NCBI RefSeq assembly: GCF_009914755.1
Contig: NC_060937.1
From: the human T2T-CHM13v2.0 reference genome, Homo sapiens
DNA length: 64,000 nt
Reading direction: 5' to 3' (one strand)
The position numbers and the translations under genes are program-made. The number at the start of each line of letters is the position of its first letter. Position 1 is the stretch's first letter. This document shows, piece after piece, positions 62,301-64,000 of the stretch. The notes beneath the pieces are model-generated. The model saw only the letters and a program-made list of their open reading frames with translations, did not search any database and was not told the DNA's origin.

Positions 62301-64000
62301 CAAAGTATATATTATATACTGTACATAAAATATAAAATACCCCAAATATATATTATATGCTCTACATAAAATATCAAAGTACACAAAATATGTATTATAT
62401 ACTGTACATAAAATACCAAAGGACCCAAAATATATATTATATACTGTACATAAAATATCAAAATACCCAAAATATATATTATATACTGTACATAAAATAC
62501 CAAAGTACCCAAAGTATATATTATATACCGTACAAAAAATATCAAAGTAGCCAAAATATGTATTATACACTGTACATAATATATGAAAGTACCCAAACAT
62601 TTATAATAAACTGTACATAAAATATCAATGTACTCAAACTATATATTATGTGCGGTACATAAGATATCAAAGTACCCATACTATATAGTATATACTGTAC
62701 TTAAAATATCAAAATACCCAAAATATATATTATATACGTTACATAAACTATCAAATACACAAAGTATGTATTATATACTGTACATAAAGTAGCAAAGTTC
62801 CCAAAATATGTATTACATACTGTACATAAAATATGAAAGTACCCAACCATTTATAATAAACTCTACATAAAATACCAAAGTACCCAAACTGTGTATTATA
62901 TACTGTCCATAAAATATAAAAGTACCCAAAATATATATTGTAAACTCTACATAAAATATCAAAGTAGCCAAAATACATATTGTATACTGTACATAAAATA
63001 TAAAAGTACCCCAAATATATATTATATACTGTACATAAAATATCAAAGTACCCATAATACATATTATATACTGTACATAAAATATCAAAGGACCCAAAAT
63101 AAACATTATATACTGTACATAAAATATCCAAATACTCAAAATATATATTACATACTGTACATAAAATATCAAAGTACCCAAATTATGTATTATATACTGT
63201 ACGTAAAATATCAGAGTACCCAAAATATGCGTTATATACTGTACATAAAATATGAAAGTAACAAAACATTTATAATAAACTGTACATAAAATATCAAAGT
63301 ACTCAAACTATATATCATATACTGTACATAAAATATCAAAGTACCCAAACTGTGTATTACTACATACTGTATATAAAATATCAAAATACCTGAAATATAT
63401 ATTTTATACTGTACATAAAATATCAAAGTACCCAAAATATATACTATATACTGTACATAAAATATGAAGGTACATCAAATATACATTATATCCTGTACAT
63501 AAAATATCAAAGTACTCCTATTATATATTGTGTACTGTACATAATATATTAAATCGCCCAAATATATATTGTATACTGTATATAAAATATGAAGGTACTT
63601 CAAATATATATTATATGCTGCACATAAAATATCAAAGTACCCAAAGTATGCATTACATACTGTACATAAAATATCAAAGTACACAAATTATATATTATAT
63701 TCTGTACATAAAATATGTAGGTTCATCAAATATATTTTATATTCTGTACATAATATATCAAAGTACATCAAATATATATTATATACGGTACATAAAATAT
63801 CAAAGTACCCAAAATATGTACTATTTACTGTACCTAAAATATGAAAGTAACCAAACTTTTATAATAAACTGTACATAAAATATCAAAGTACTCAATCTAC
63901 ATATTATATACAGTATATAAAATATGAAAGTACACAAACTGTATATTATATACTGTACATAATATATCAAAGTACCCAGAATATATAGCATACTGTACAT

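Larger units (their letters stand above)
1..64000 (+). repeat. Human Satellite 1A (classical Satellite I / SAR) tandem array, 42-bp monomer, about 1,520 monomers, continuing past both window ends
   Basis: Consensus TATACTGTACATAAAATATCAAAGTACCCAAAATATATATTA repeats head-to-tail from first to last base. GTAC at monomer positions 7 and 24 yields RsaI fragments ACATAAAATATCAAAGT (17 bp) and ACCCAAAATATATATTATATACTGT (25 bp), the textbook Satellite I A/B subunits. Very AT-rich and CpG-poor. Family assigned from recognition of the consensus; the chromosome cannot be assigned without alignment. Confidence 0.96.

Noticed and set aside
45-63878. Hundreds of 60-197 aa ORFs on both strands (YYILYIKYQSTQNI / YFDILCTVYNIYFG / GTLIFYVQYIIYIL repeats)
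   Set aside because: 42 bp = 14 codons, so stop-free frames of the monomer produce periodic pseudo-peptides. They overlap on both strands, end at monomer indels and have no recognisable domain.
1-64000. CRISPR-like pattern of a conserved core (TACTGTACATAAAATAT) alternating with more variable segments
   Set aside because: The variable parts are homologous to one another and recur with the HOR period. There are no unique spacers, leader or cas genes.
1-64000. TATA-box-like sequences (TATATAAAA, TATAAAA) as promoters
   Set aside because: Expected by composition in an AT-rich repeat; no independent promoter context.
1-64000. Alpha satellite/CENP-B boxes, HSat2/3 (CATTC)n, HSat1B Alu-containing unit, L1/Alu insertions, strand inversions
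   Set aside because: None seen on reading the window: no 171-bp unit, GGAAT runs, GC-rich or poly(A)-tailed segments, and no switch to the TTTTGGGTAC orientation.
1-64000. Origin from an AT-rich microbial, organellar or Plasmodium-like genome
   Set aside because: The exact match to the human Satellite I 17+25-bp RsaI subunit structure and the multi-kb HOR organisation explain the composition.
1-64000. Assignment to a specific chromosome (large HSat1A arrays exist on chr3, chr4, chr13 and other acrocentrics)
   Set aside because: It cannot be supported without aligning to a T2T assembly.

Overview
The whole 64 kb window is one uninterrupted, single-orientation array of the AT-rich 42-bp satellite TATACTGTACATAAAATATCAAAGTACCCAAAATATATATTA, i.e. 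human/primate classical Satellite I (HSat1A, RepeatMasker 'SAR'). The two GTAC (RsaI) sites per monomer give the classical 17+25 bp subunits. I see no genes, transposons or unique sequence, and all listed ORFs are artefacts of a 42-bp (14-codon) repeat. Tracking diagnostic monomers by hand (GTGCGG marker at 2188, 5494, 8968, 15534, 18851, 21487, 22408, 25044, 27428, 30440, 32792, 35803, 38816, 44717, 46978, 49991, 53308, 56321, 59638, 62650) resolves a nested structure. There is a 72-mer 3,013-bp unit (A) and a 79-mer 3,306-3,317-bp unit (B = A + 7-mer cassette), a 6,330-bp A+B dimer, and in-register duplications (126, 461, 794, 3,557 bp) and deletions (377, 543, 671, 922, 1,046 bp). These events account for every marker spacing to the base. 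The most provocative, untested observation is that most monomers carry a perfect Pumilio response element (TGTANATA) on the + strand, together with recurrent AATAAA and UGUA signals.
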